Positions 37,401 to 51,192 of a stretch of 64,000 bases of DNA are shown piece by piece. The number at the start of each line of letters is the position of its first letter. Within the stretch, counting starts at the first letter, position 1. The DNA lies in the NCBI GenBank assembly GCA_951406725.2, contig OX597816.1:180482001-180546000 (forward strand), in the 5' to 3' direction. Position numbers and translations under genes: made by a program. Under the pieces are notes generated by a model that ran no database searches, was not told where the DNA came from, and saw only the letters and a program-made list of their open reading frames with translations. Origin of the DNA: Octopus vulgaris (lineage: Eukaryota).

Positions 37401-40400
37401 GATTTCCAGATGCAGTGTTTGTAACTCTTCAGCCATCATCAATGAAAAATATCAAAGAGAGGTAATTCTGAGCAGGTTTAAACTGATAGCTTTAGCTAAA
37501 ACAGTCAGCAACATTGACTGAGTTACATTATTAGAGCATCAGGTCAGAAGAAATTCAGCCATGTTTAGGCATAAGTGAACTTCATGTTAGTTAAAATATG
37601 TTTGTGACTGTGTCACTATGTAGATAAACCCTGTGGTCAAAACACAGGGCTGCTATTTCTATATAAAACTGTGAATAGCTTGTATAGTTTCAAATAGTTA
37701 TTGCTTGTGCAGTTTCAACTAGTTACTGCCTTCTCATTTAGAGTATCTACTCACGTTCAAAGTGACTCACAGCTTACTTTGAAAAAATGCAGTGAGTTAG
37801 AAGCATCAATTTTGCTCATTTACACATTAGTACATTTCCTGACAAAGTTGTTTAATGGCTAAAGTACTGAGACAGTAGTGTGTGGTTAAAGTTTGAATAA
37901 GGTTACTTACCTGTGTTTAAGAAGCGTACATTCAATAAGTTTACATACCTATGTTTAAGTCTGTGTACGTACGGCAGACCAATTTAAGTTTTATACTATA
38001 AATGCTATTTTCTCCCTGATGAATCAGTAAAATGTGTCACCAACCTCTTTTGAACCAGTAAAAATTGCTGAGACTAGTTCAGACCAATCTTTTTCTAATT
38101 GCACAAAGAAACTCATGTTGTTTACCTAATCGACATAGTCTGGATGCAACAGAGTGTATATTTCATAGAGTGTTGTTGACACTGTGTTGATGGATAGCAT
38201 TAACCCTCAATGGCTAATGCCATCTTAGTCTTAGGTTTAAGATTCAGGCTGACTCTCTCCTAAATTGAAATGCCATCTACCGAAAGATTTAGTCTCAGCT
38301 ATGTTGACTAGAGGAACAGGAAAAGAAGTATTTTGCTCAAAAAACACAACATACCACTTGTGAGAAAACCAAAACTACAACTTCATGATCATGAATCCAC
38401 ACCCTAGCCACTAGATGGCACACCTTCTCATAATGCTAACTTACTATAAATAAGTACTGTGTTTGGGTGTTTTCTTCTGTAAGTAGAAACAGAACTTTAT
38501 AACACACTATTGTTTAATACGTTTACAGTGCTGACCTTCAGTTCCCCCCCCACCCTGCAAACCAGCCTCTTAAAAGTCAATTCCATTTTTTTTTTTTTTA
38601 CCTGTCTTCATTCCATGAGTTACTATGGTGTTGTACCTTGTCTCCAGTAATAGATTTTCCTGATAAATCATATACAGTTGCACACTTTCCTCTCTCTCTA
38701 TATATATATTAGTCACGATATATCAGTTATGATCTCCGGGTATGTAGAAAGAGAAAAATTACATAATATGCTAAAATATTTCAATGTCAACACACTACAA
38801 ATTTACAACTCTGCTATACATTCTAGCTGACTCTGAAATACAAATCTATCTTTGCAAGCTTTGCTACATTTTATAGTTATTTTTGTGGCAATGTTTAAAT
38901 AGGATACAGCAACATTATGTTTAGAGGCTTCTTTACACTTTATGGTTATGTCACAGTAATGGCAGCTTCTAACTCATCCTCTCCACCAATTTTTGTTTAT
39001 TAAACATTTTATTCTTGCATGTTCTTACTCTTTGTTTTTTTTTTCTTTCTTTTTCTTTTATTTAAACCATGTATTTTGATTTATCCATTTTTTCACCCTA
39101 TTTTACACTTTATTTGCATTTCTTTCTGAAATTCAAATTGTTGCTTTTATTTTCTTTCTGATTTCTTCATTTTAATTTCTGGGTTTCTTTTTTTCTCTTT
39201 TATTTCTCTCTCGTTTCACTACTTCTTATACTTCCCATTCTACTCACCTTGTTTCCAAATTTCCTCACTTTTTTCAGTTTTTCCCCACAAAACTATTTAC
39301 ATCCACCCACCTTTAATTCTCTCAACCTGAATGCATTACACCAAACATGAGTGTCTTCACCAATTTCAACCACTTAATCTTTTCTCATCTTGCAACTCAT
39401 CTTTAGAAGAAATTCTCAATAGCTCTCTCATGAATGATAGTGATTTAGTTTCAGTTGGTTTTGATATATTAATTATTAGTGATAGAAGTATTAGTACCAA
39501 AATGCAATCTTTATATCCAACTTAATGTGGATGTCATGTTTGAAGACCAAATAATGTGTTATTAGCCTTGAAAGAATCTCATGTAGGTGCTTAGAGCATA
39601 AAAGCACACATACCTAGATTGTAGCAGATGAGAATCATTCATTAGGGATGCCCATCTGCTATGATTTATGTCAGTGCTTTTATATACCATGCACCTATAT
39701 GAGAGGGTCTCTCAAAGCTAATAATGCATCCAGGTTCAGTTGGATATAAAGATTTATATATGTACAGGCATATGAACAGAGGGGGTAGATAGACATCATT
39801 AAAGCAAACGTATGGCTGTAATGTTACAATGGAATATCCAGCTAATGCTATGTATATATGCACACTTGACACTGAGTGAGTCACTTCACTTAAGTATAAA
39901 TAGATACTGGTGTTCTTCTGTATGCTGAGGAAGTACTTTTTCTATAATACTAATGTTGATATTCATGAGCTTATTGTATACACTGTTAGGTGCAGTACAA
40001 CTCAATGAAAAAGAGGAAAAGAGACGACTGAGAGCATCAATAAGTGAAGAAAGACAGTCGTGATAGTCGTAAGGGTTTCAGTAGTTCACAGGGCTAATCC
40101 AAAGATTTGAAATGCAATGTTTAATGCTCACTGTGTACTTTCTAAAGAATTTTACCCTGTTTCAAGACATAAGAACTGGAAGCAAAACCATTTCAGAATG
40201 CCCTTAGCATTTGTAATATACTGAGAATAGGGTAAGGTAGCTATTAAAAACACAGGTTAACACATGTCCTAGAAAAATTTTGTTTTGAAGAGGTGAGGTG
40301 ATATAAGTTTAGGGTGAACTGTTCAGGTCATATGGACAACGTAGCTAATACAATAAAACGACAAAAAAAGCCATGCTTCAGAAGAAAAATTATCGTGTTT

Positions 40401-40804
40401 AGGGAGACTTGGTAATTAATAAATGACTTTTCTGTGGACATGGCTTGATATTTTGATAACCAATTGACAGTGACCATCTTCCGTTAGAAGCACTATGTGT
40501 TATAGGAAACAGTTAGGAAATATTTAATATCTGTTTCTAGTTAGTTTCCTCTATTTGTGCATGTGCTCTGAAGCCATGTACTTATGCAATAATTCTATTT
40601 TAACATCATACATAAGTTACTTTGTACTAAATGGATTGTTCTATCCTCTGACCTAGGGCTCCATAACAACTAAACAAGCTGACAAACTCTTTTCTTTTAT
40701 CACTTGACATTCATTTACAGATCTATGTATGACCACCTAGGCAGAACTCTATACTGATACTTTCTTTTTATTTTTTATCCCTTATTTACCTCTAATCTCT
40801 TCTA

Positions 40805-41005
40805 CTCTAGGCACAAGGCCTGAAATTTGGGGGGAGGGGGCCCAGTCAATTAGATCGTCCTCAGTACACAGCTGGTACTTAATTTATCAACCTCGAAAGG
40901 ATGAAAGGCAAAGTCAACCTCGGCAGGATTTGAACTCAGAACGTAAAGACAGACGAAATATTGCTAAGCATTTCACCTGACATGCTGACATTTCTGCCAG
41001 CCTCT
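40805..41005 (-). mobile_element. tRNA-derived SINE (family of 2860-3090)
   Basis: gaaaggatgaaaggcaaagtcaacctcggcaggatttgaactc is the reverse complement of the SINE core and B box. Confidence 0.75.
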
Positions 41006-41661
41006 CTCTGCCTTATAAAAGAAATGTCATATATTGAAATAGTTTCAGTTCAATATTAACAACTGGATACTAATTGGTCTTGCTATCAGAGTGTGAAAAT
41101 CTCAGCTCAATGTCGTGGCTCATTTGATCATATAAAGAGAAGCTCAATGAGAACCAACATATTTTCTTGCATTAGCCATAAGTAGAATTGACCTGAATAC
41201 TACGCAACAATGAAACACTCAACAGTTTTACCATGCTGAAACAGAATTTCACATCAATGGTGAAACATAGAATTTACCATCCACAACTGTGGTCTGAATT
41301 CTGTACCAATAGGATTTGATACATTGACCTTTCAAGTGATCGCCCAGTATCTACTTGACTCACTTAGTTCAGAAAATATTAAATAAATAGAAATAGTGTA
41401 GAAGCATTTATCTAATTAAATACACCTCATTTCATGAAGAAGGGTGAATCAGTTGATTGTGAATGAAAGAAGGCTCTCATTCTAAGTGATTAGTTCATTA
41501 GACCTAATTAGACAGACATTTAAGCTACTCAATCATAAGCAGTGATAATATCAAAATTAATCATAATTAATGAAATTTTTGCCATAAGTGTTCTGTGACA
41601 GAAACCTTATGTAAGACGTAACCCAGAAGTTTATCAGTTGTTTCTATGTAGAGAACATGAG

Positions 41662-42003
41662 GTAACTACCATATAGTGTGGAGAGCCAAAGATAGAACTA
41701 CCATATAACTTATTGACTATAATACAACTGCCATATAGTGTGGTGACTGTCACTGAACTGTCATATTGTTTGATGACTAAGATAAAAATGCCATAGTGTA
41801 TCATGGTGTGGAGATTATGAGAGAATTACCATGAATTAATGAGGACAATGATAGAATTGTCATAGTGTGAAGTCTATGATAAAACTACCCTATTGTGTGA
41901 AGACCATAGTAGATCTAACACATATGTATAGTGTAGTGACTATTATAGAACTATCACAGAGTATATAGTGACCCTGGTAGAACGACCATAGCATGGTGAT
42001 CAT
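41662..42003. repeat. Degenerate tandem repeat of about 30 bp, about 11 units
   Basis: Recurring agaactaccatatagtgtgg(a/t)gacta-like unit. Confidence 0.6.
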
Positions 42004-45000
42004 ATTATAAGGGATATTTTACATACAGGAGGACCCAGTAGTTAGTATATTTTAAAATGTCAAACAGTATGTAGACAGAGAATCAAAGAAATTTATATTT
42101 ACCAGAAGTATGTAGTTGTGGACTTCCTCAGTGAAAAGGAGAATTATAACGGACAGGGATGTTGTGTTTGATGGTTGAGAAGCTATCAAGATTATTTAGT
42201 TGTCAAGGGAAACAGTGGGTTGAGTAGGTTTCTGAAGTATAAGAGTGATGTTAATTAAAGAATGTAATGTAGTATGTGTAGTGAAATAAGAACAGTAGAG
42301 TAGTTGTTAAGATGGAAGCAAAGATGACAATAAAGATGTATAAGAGATGGTTGATGCACTTCTGACAGACATGGGATTGAATAGGATTCACTCACCTAAA
42401 TGATGAACCAGGACTTGTTTAAACAAACTGTTAATGAAAATCCTAACACCTATTCCAGAAATGCTTTTTAAACAATTAATAAATGTTCTAATTTTTTCTC
42501 CTCTTTAGCGTGACTACCTTTGTGACTACCATTTGTATCTTCTCACTTCTCACCTCTCACTAATGTCTGTCTGATAACTGAAAGTAATTTCTTTGTTGTA
42601 TTTGTTGACACACAGACAGATTGTGTAATTCATTTAGTTTACTATTCACATTAATGTAAAAAGATAATCAGTAATTTCATTTTGTAGTTATTTTATTTTC
42701 CTAAAAAAAAATTATCTCAATCAATCATTCCAATCGACTTTCTTATTAAGATAAAGTCTGTCACAAGTGTTATACTTAAGTGTATTGTATTTGTTCGTAG
42801 TATGTGTTATATTTGTATAGTGTATATTATGATTATGCATAATGTATTTATATTTGTGGTTATGATGTTTAGTATAAGTATATCTAGCATGTATCTTATA
42901 ATTATGTGTAGTGGGTGTTATTTTTATGTACAACACCAATTAGAGAGAATAGCAAACTTGGTATTTACTAGGAGGATTGTTGCCATTAAAAATAACACAA
43001 TTTTGTATTCTAAGTGATAGGTAGAGTTGTTTATGTAAGTAACAGTTAATTGTCCAATACACACGCAGACATATATGTATGTGTGTGTGTATCAATGGCA
43101 ATGGTCTTCTGCATTTAGTTATTTTTGTGATATTTAATGATACTGTAATATTTTCATGTATATTTCCAGGGGTCTTACTTATGTGCAGCATGTATTATGC
43201 ATGCATCACCTCCATGCTATAGAATTATTATGGTCATGAAAATGTTGCTATAGCATGGAATTCTGTAAAAGGAAACATGGTTTCCCAGTGAGTCCGATCT
43301 ACAGTGACTTCCTTGTAACATAGAAATCAATTGTGAAATTCCATGTTAAGGCAAGATTTTCAGGATTACAATGCTTCCGCAATTCAAGGGGTACCAATAA
43401 TTATGTATAGTGTTTGTTATTGTTATATATATTGTGTATTGTTTATGTGTGTATTATGTGTTGCAGTCACGTCCACTGTACAAATGTGTTGTCTATGTTA
43501 TGGGTATGTGTAGCAATTATGAAAACATTAACATGCCTGTAATGTATGTTGTAATGTATATCTAATTGTTGATACCTATGTATTTTTAATTGGTAATACC
43601 AGTGCACTATATAGTAAATTATTACCATCCTTGTAATGTAAGTTGAATTATTAATACCAATGACAGCATCAGCCTTCTTAGTTTCTATTTCCAATCATAA
43701 TTCGGTTTATATGGTTAAGACATAAACTCTACTGTTGCAATGACCACCAAAAGCAGCTGCAGTTTTATTTATGAGAAAAAAAAACCCACAAATTCTGTTA
43801 ACTGACTGATTTCATGTAACTGAGATCCATGTCTATAACTTCCTGTCGCAGCAATGCTGTCAATCTTGCTGCTCACTGCATCCCTTGTGTTGGCTATTCA
43901 CCACCATTCTTTATAGAAGCAGTCAAAGAGTCAACTGTCGGAATTGTCTTCTTTTCCATTTCTTTGTTTCCTTCCCTCTTTGAATAAATCATATTTCTGA
44001 ATTTTTTTTTTTTTTTTTTTCATCAAACCACTTTTTCTTCAAAATTCTCTAGAATTCATAAGCTGAAAGCTTCACTGATTTGATTGAAAGGTGTTTTATA
44101 ATGTTCTACATTTTAGCTTCCATTGATGTTTTCATAGATTATATTTTAGTGAACTTACGAGTGGTTGGTTACAATAGCATCAGTCAATGTATGTGCAAAG
44201 AGATAATTGCACTGACATGGACATTGGCTGTGAATGGAGGTTGATTTAGAACAAAAGTGCAACGGTATGTTGACAGAGGGATATACAGTGAATTCCAAGT
44301 AGAAGAAGACATAGGAGAAAGTGGTGAGTTCAGATCACAGAATGACATGGCTTACATACAAGATGATATAAGAATAAAACTTGTGATTTGTTGTACAGCA
44401 GAGCCATCCGACCCATCCCTGCTTAGAAACATTGACATTAAAACAGTAAGGATGAAATAAACAGTAGTAATCTCTTAGTTCTCTACCAAGTGTGATCATG
44501 AATTGTTTTCCGTGGAAGCAACTGAAACAGTATTAAGTTAAAATAGACATCTGTGTATCATAATAAATGTATATACACCATAGAAAGGCATACTACTGTG
44601 CTTTTTTGTTTAAGAGAAAACATCTTCATAGACATGTCATGCTAAAAACTCAGTGTCTAGTGAAGCAAAATGAACATTGCCACAGCAGTGACTCATATAA
44701 ACATTAGATACATTTCACCCTTCATGAGGCTTGTACCCGTTTGTTACTTCTTTGAATGAAATTTGTGCTTTGATATATAAGAAACAGTGAATAACATATT
44801 CACTGATGTTGCAGAATGCTTCCTGGGCAGTAAAAATATTCAGTCAATGCAACTGAAATAGAATTAAGATTAAATAGGCATCTGTGTATCACACTAAATG
44901 TATATGCCCGATAGAAAGGCATTTTGCTGTGGATTTTGTCTGAGTGAAAAATCTCTTCATAGATAATTTATGTTAAAAATGTAATGCATATATATATATC

Positions 45001-45431
45001 AAAGCAAAATGAACACAGTCATTATATGAAATGGCAGCTGCTATTAACAGTATCAGAAACATCTCATCTGATTACAAGGCTTGTTTGTTGTTATTCCATG
45101 TTGCTTCTGATCTCTTCCACCACCAATTCTGTTTACTATTGTCTTCAGTATACATTTCTTCTTTCTTTTTCTTTCTTTTTTTTTTTTTGCCTGATATATC
45201 TATGAATTGGAAGCAATAGTTCATCTTCAATCAATGTTTTATTGATATTTTCAGTTGATCTACCTATACCCCATTTATTTCAGACTATACCATCCACTGG
45301 CTGATATTCTAAGACTGCAATTTTATTTGTAATATTTTCCATTGTTCTTCTGCATTTTTCACTAATAGCTAGCTTCAATTCATTAAAATTCTTACTTTCA
45401 TGTAACAAAACAAGCTTTTTTTTTAATTCTT

Positions 45432-45505
<74 letters not shown>

Positions 45506-45514
45506 CTTTCTTCT

Positions 45515-46980
45515 TAAGGCACTAGACTTGAAATTTTAGGGAAGGGGGGCTAGTGGATTACAACAACCCCCAGTATTTCACTGGTCCTTAATCAATCCCG
45601 AAAGGATAAAAGGCAAAGCCAACCTTAGTGGAATTTGAACTCAGAAAATAAAGACACATGAAATGCTGCTAAGCATTTTGCCTGGCGTGCTAACAATTGT
45701 GCCATCTCACCACCTTAATAATGATAATAATAATCCTACTTACTATAGGCACAAGGTCTAAAAGTTTGGTGGGAGGGCCTGATTACAATGACCTCAAATG
45801 GTCCTTATTTCATCGACCCCCAAACCCAAAAATGATGAAAGAATAATAAGGCAAGCTGGCAGAGACAATAACACAACAGGCATAATGCTTAGCAGCATCT
45901 TGTCCATCTTTACACTCTGAATTCAAGTTCCACTGAGGGCAACTTTGCCTTTCATCCTTTCGGGGTCAAAGAGATACATACCAGTTGAGAACTAGAGTCA
46001 ATGTAATTGACCAGCACCCCAAAACCATAATAAAAATTTCAGGCCTTGTGTCTATAGTAGAAAGACTTATTATTATTATTAGGAGAGCCAGCAGAATCAT
46101 TAATGGACAAAATGTCTGTGATATTTCTTCCAACTCATTAAGCTCCAAGTTCAAATTTCACCAACGTCAGCTTTGCCCTTCAGCCTTTCAGGCTCAGTGA
46201 AATAAATAGTAATCAAGTACTAGGACCAAAGGTATTGGTTAACCCCTCCCCTCAAAATTGCTGGCTTTGTGCCAAAATTAGAATTATTATCATCGTTATT
46301 ATTATTATGCTTATGCTTTGCAGAAATTTTGTCCATTTTTATGTTCTGAGCTCAAATTCCGCTGAGGTCAACTTCACCTTTCATCCTATCAGGGTCAATG
46401 AAATAAGTTCCAGTTGAGTACCAGGGTCAATTTAGCAATTATCCCCCTCCCTTTCCCTATATTCCTATAGTAGGAAGGATTCTTCTTCTTCTTGTTATTA
46501 TTATTAAAAACTCAGCAAGCTGGCAGAATTGTTAGCAAACTAGACAAAGTGCTCAGCAGCATTTCACCCCTCTTTACATTCTGAGTTCAAATTCTGCTGA
46601 GGTTGACTTTGCCTTTCATCCTTTAGGGGGGTCAATAAAACTTTCCCACTACCCAGAAATTGCTAATCTTATGCCATTTTTTTTAAACCATTGTTATTAT
46701 TATTTAGGCCTTGTGCCTATAAGGAAAAGATTTATTATTATTATTAGGACGGCAAGCTTTCAGAACCATTAGCAGGCCAGGCAAAAGGCTTAGTGGCATT
46801 TTGCCTGGCCTGCTACTGTTTCATGCATCATTATGTTCTGAGTTAAAATTCTGCCGAGGTCAACTTTGCCTTACATCCTTTCGAAGTCAATAAACTAAGT
46901 ACCAGTGAAACACTGGGGTCAATGTAATCAACTAGTCCCCACCCCAAAATTTCAGGCCTTGTGCCTTTAGTAGAAATAAT
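45515..46980. mobile_element. Cluster of about 6-7 SINE copies separated by (TTA)n tracts, mixed orientation
   Basis: Repeated caagctggcagaa...gagttcaaattc...caactttgcctttcatcc...aatttcaggccttgtgccta units. The first copies are on -, the later ones on +. Confidence 0.8.
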
Positions 46981-46987
46981 AATAATA

Positions 46988-47023
<36 letters not shown>

Positions 47024-47199
47024 TAATAATCTGCTTGTTTGTTAAAATCACTTGCCAAGACACACCCAGCATCATAGGGCGAGTGAAGGATAAGAAATGT
47101 TGCAGTATGACTGAAAGCTTGGAGAGGGGAAGTGGCAGGGGCAGTAGCAAAATTGATTCATGTAATACAACACACACGTTTAAATGGATATTATCATTA

Positions 47200-48250
47200 T
47201 TATTATTAAAGATGTTTCACAACATCCAATATCGGGATGTTGTTGATTGAAGATATTGTGTCTTATGGGGATTTGTACTGTCTGTCAAGTCACCACGAGG
47301 ACTTCAGACAATATGCGCTTTCAAGTAATGATGATTTTTGCAATACACCCAGATTGTAGGCTATTTCTAAAGCTTTCAGATGTTTTTTCAGGTTGAGTAG
47401 TATTGACCCCAATGCTCCAATGACAATAGGGACAACCTTTACATTTGACTATTGTAGCTGCCTCATCTTAGCGATCTCAATTCTCTGGTCTCCATATTTA
47501 TCAATCTTTTCTCTTTCTTTCACGATGATATGTTGATCTCCTGGCACTGCCAGATTAGGCACTCACTCTTGTTTGTCCCTTCTAAAGGTTATTGTATCTG
47601 GTCTTCAGTGCTCCTTGTCTGGAAGTCAAAGTCCCTGAGGATTTTTGCCTTCCCCTTTACATCCATTACCTTTTCCAGTGTATGTCGGTACCAAGCACCT
47701 ATTACCTCGTATCCATACCTCCAGCATGGTAGCCAGTGAAGGTTTTGGGCTACCTTGTCATGTCTGCACTTGTATTCTTTCTGCACAAGACTCTCACAAG
47801 CACTAACAAAGTGAGTCACGCTTTCGACCCTCTTCCTACACATTCTGCAACGGTTCATTGCACTTGTGTGATATGTATCCCTTCTCACTGAGTTGGTATT
47901 CAATGCCTGGTCCTGGGCAGCAATGATTAGGCTTTCAGTCTTCTTCTTTTAGGTCTACCTTGCTGAGCCACCTCTATGATGCTTCCTGGTCTTTTAAGCT
48001 GTTAATTTCACGGTGGAACTGACCATGTAATTCCATGCGGAATAAGGTTTCTTCTTTCTCATTGGTTGTTCATGATCGGAATTCATTAGCAGTCTCAAGT
48101 CCATTTTTGGTAAATTATTCTGCATTAGCAGCATACTGTAGCAGGTTTTGTTTGTTGTTCACCAAATATTCTGCCATATTTCTTCTTTTACTGTTGATGC
48201 ACTCCCGTATGCTAATCAGCCCATGTCCACCTTTACCTTCTTCATGTAAA
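47200..48250 (-). mobile_element. Degenerate R4/Dong-like (restriction-like endonuclease) non-LTR retrotransposon, 3' part
   Basis: IAAQDQALNTN, CRMC...HFVSAC zinc knuckle, RHDKVA, DF.FQT, AVPGD..I..KE.EK, KYGD and VVPIVIGALG motifs. The 3' end abuts a TAA-type repeat. Confidence 0.8.
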
Positions 48251-48535
48251 GCCTATGGACAATCGCCTTAGAGTGGAGAGCAGTGAGCTGACAGAATCAT
48301 CAGAATCATCAGAATAAACACTTTGTGACATTAGTCCTCATTTTTTTCATTCTCATTTCAAATTGGTTTTTCTTTTTTTTTCTTTTTGACAATGATAAAA
48401 TAATTACCTGTTGATCTCAGGGGTCAATGTAATCAACTAACCCTTTCCCCACAAAATTTCAAGTCTTGTGCCTATAACAGAAAGGATTATTATTGTTATT
48501 ATTATTCTTATTATTATTATTATATTGATGATGAC

Positions 48536-48720
48536 GAATTCTGAAAATTCTTCTGTATGGCCAACAAGTGGAGGGATATCGTGACAAAGGAAGAACTCTC
48601 CTTAGGGATGAGGATAAGTCGAAGCAAACACTAAACCTCTACAGCTTAATCTGACATCTTAAGGAAGTCATTGCCTAGATCGATCTACATGGCATAAAAT
48701 GGGTGACGATGCATCCAAAC
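48536..48720 (+). mobile_element. RTE/BovB-like ORF C-terminal fragment
   Basis: Translates RILKILLYGQQVEGYRDKGRTLLRDEDK, resembling the RTE C-terminal motif R.PK.LLYG.L..G.R..GRP.LR.KD. Confidence 0.5.
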
Positions 48721-48726
48721 AATTTG

Positions 48727-51192
48727 AGGGCCAGTCAGGTGGTACTGGCGATGGCCACACTTAAATGGTGTTTTTTATGTGCCACCTGCACAGGAGCCAG
48801 TCAAGCGGCGCTGGCAATGACCTTGCTTGAATGTGGTTTTTCATGTGCCAGTAAGGCGACGCTGGTAATGATCATGCTCGAATGGTGCTTTTCATGTGCT
48901 ACCGGCATGGGAGCCAGTCAGTGGCCCCGGCAACGATCATGCTCAGATGCTGCTTTTAACGTTCCACTGTCACGGGTGCCAGTTAGGCGGTGCTGTCATT
49001 GGCCATGTCAGCGAATTTGATTTTGATTGTGATTTCACTTGCCTCAACTGGTCTTCGCTAGCAACACATAAGTAGGCTGGTTACACTGCTGTCATAGGCC
49101 ATGGGTTATGGTCTAACTTGGCTTGCCAGGTCTTCTCAAGCACAGCATATCTCCAAAGGTCTCAGTCACTAGTCATTGCTTCAGTAAGGTCCAATGTTCG
49201 AAGGTTGTGCTGCACCACCTCATCCAAGGTCTTCCTAGGTCTGCCTCTTCCACAGATTCTCTCAACTGCTAGAGTATGACACTTTTTCACACACCTGTCC
49301 TCATCCATTCGCACCACATGACCTTACCAGCACAGTCGTCTCTCTTCCACACCACATCTGATGCTTCTTAGGTCCAGCTTTTCTCTCAAGGTACTTACAC
49401 TCTGTCAAGTATGAGCACTGACATTACACATCCAGCGGAGTATACTGGCTTCATTCTTTGCAAGCTTACGCATGTCCTCAGCAGTCACGGCCCATGTTTC
49501 ACTGCCATGTAGCATGGCTGTTCATACACATGCATCATACAGTCTACCTTTTGCTCTGAGTGAGAGGCCCTTTGTCACCAGCAGAGGTAGGAGCTCTCTG
49601 AACTTTGCCCAGGTTATTCTTATTCTAGCAGCTACCCATTCAGAGCATCCACTCCTGCTACTGACTTGGTCACCTAGGTAATGGAAGCTGTCAACTACTT
49701 GTAGTTTTTCTCCCTAGAATATGACAGAAGTCGTTCTCTGCACATTTCCAATGTTTATTGCTCCCGAGCATCTGCCACATACAAAAACTATCTTCCCAGT
49801 TAGCCTTCCTTTGATATTGCTGCACCTCCTATGTGTCCATAGCTTACACTGGGTACATCTTATAGAGTTTCTACCTATGTCCTTTCTACAGATCGAGCAG
49901 GGCCATCTACCTGAAGGGATTTGTGGTTTGTCTGCCTTCCTACTTATTAAGACTTTGGTTTTAGCTAGGTTGATTCTAATCCTTGCTTCCTCACCTGAAG
50001 CTTCTCCTCTAGTTCTGATAGTGACTCAGCAATAAGAGTAAGGTCATCAGCATAGAGGAGCTCCCAGGGGCATCCTGTCTTGAATTCCTCTGTTATTGCC
50101 TGGAGGACTGTGATAAATAGGAGGGGGCTGAGGACTGAGCCTTGGTGGACCCCTACCTCTACCCTGAATTCTTCACTGTACTCGTTGCCAACCCTCACCT
50201 TACTAACAGCATCCCTGTACATGGCTTGAACAGCTCTCACTAACCATTCATCTATCCCTAGTTTCCTCATTGACCACCAGATAAGGGATCAGCTTATCTG
50301 TCAAAGGCTTTCTCTATGTCAGCGAAAGCTAGGTAGAGGGGTTATCTGTAGCTAGGTATTTCTACTGCAGCTGCCTTACTAGAAATATAGCATCAATAGT
50401 GCTTTTCCCTGGCACAAACCCAAACTGCATCTCATCTAGACTGACCCGCTCCCTAATTAGGTGGGCTTCAACCCTCTCTGAGACATTCATTACTTTATCC
50501 AATAGCTTGATACCTCTGTAATTATTTGAATCTAGGGCATCACCTTTACCTTTGTAACAGTTGACTATTATGCTGCTACACCAGTCATTGGGTATGACTC
50601 CTTTGTGTATCACCTGGTTGACTATATGGGTGACTAGGCTATAGCCAACACTGCCAGATATTTTGAGCATCTCTGCAGTGATTCTTGATGGGCTGGGAGC
50701 GTTCCCTGTCTTCATACCCTTAATTGCTTTATCTACCAAGGCACTGTCAATTCGGATAGCTGGTCCTTCTGTTGGGTCAGCATTTGGCAGGCTCTCTTTC
50801 TCCCATTCCTTCTCTTTATTTAGCAACCCTTCATAGTGGTGTCTCCATACTTCTCTTTTTGCAGCCTCATTTAATGCAAGTGAACCATCATCCATGCGGA
50901 CACATCTCTCCTATGACATCACAATTCTCTCTCACACACTGTCTCGCAGTACTAAATACCTCAAGTCTTTGGTCCGCACGGTGCAGAATATTGGCAAATT
51001 TTTTTTCTTATCTGCTTTTCCCCTGGCTAAATAAACCTGTCTCCTCGCATCCCTTTCGGCAGTCAGATATGATTCCCTGCTACCACCGTTCTTCCAGTCC
51101 TTCGAAGCCTGTTTCTTTTCTCTAATAGCCCTGTCAACAACATTGTTCCACCGCCACATTACCTTCGGTCGAGAAGGGATTTTGCACCATCC
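48727..51192 (-). mobile_element. Degenerate RTE LINE (copy 3; extends furthest 5')
   Basis: ORF pieces 50932-51159, 50362-50895 and 49965-50270 carry the RT motifs, with frameshifts. The 3' UTR repeat units lie at 48727-49010. Confidence 0.92.
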
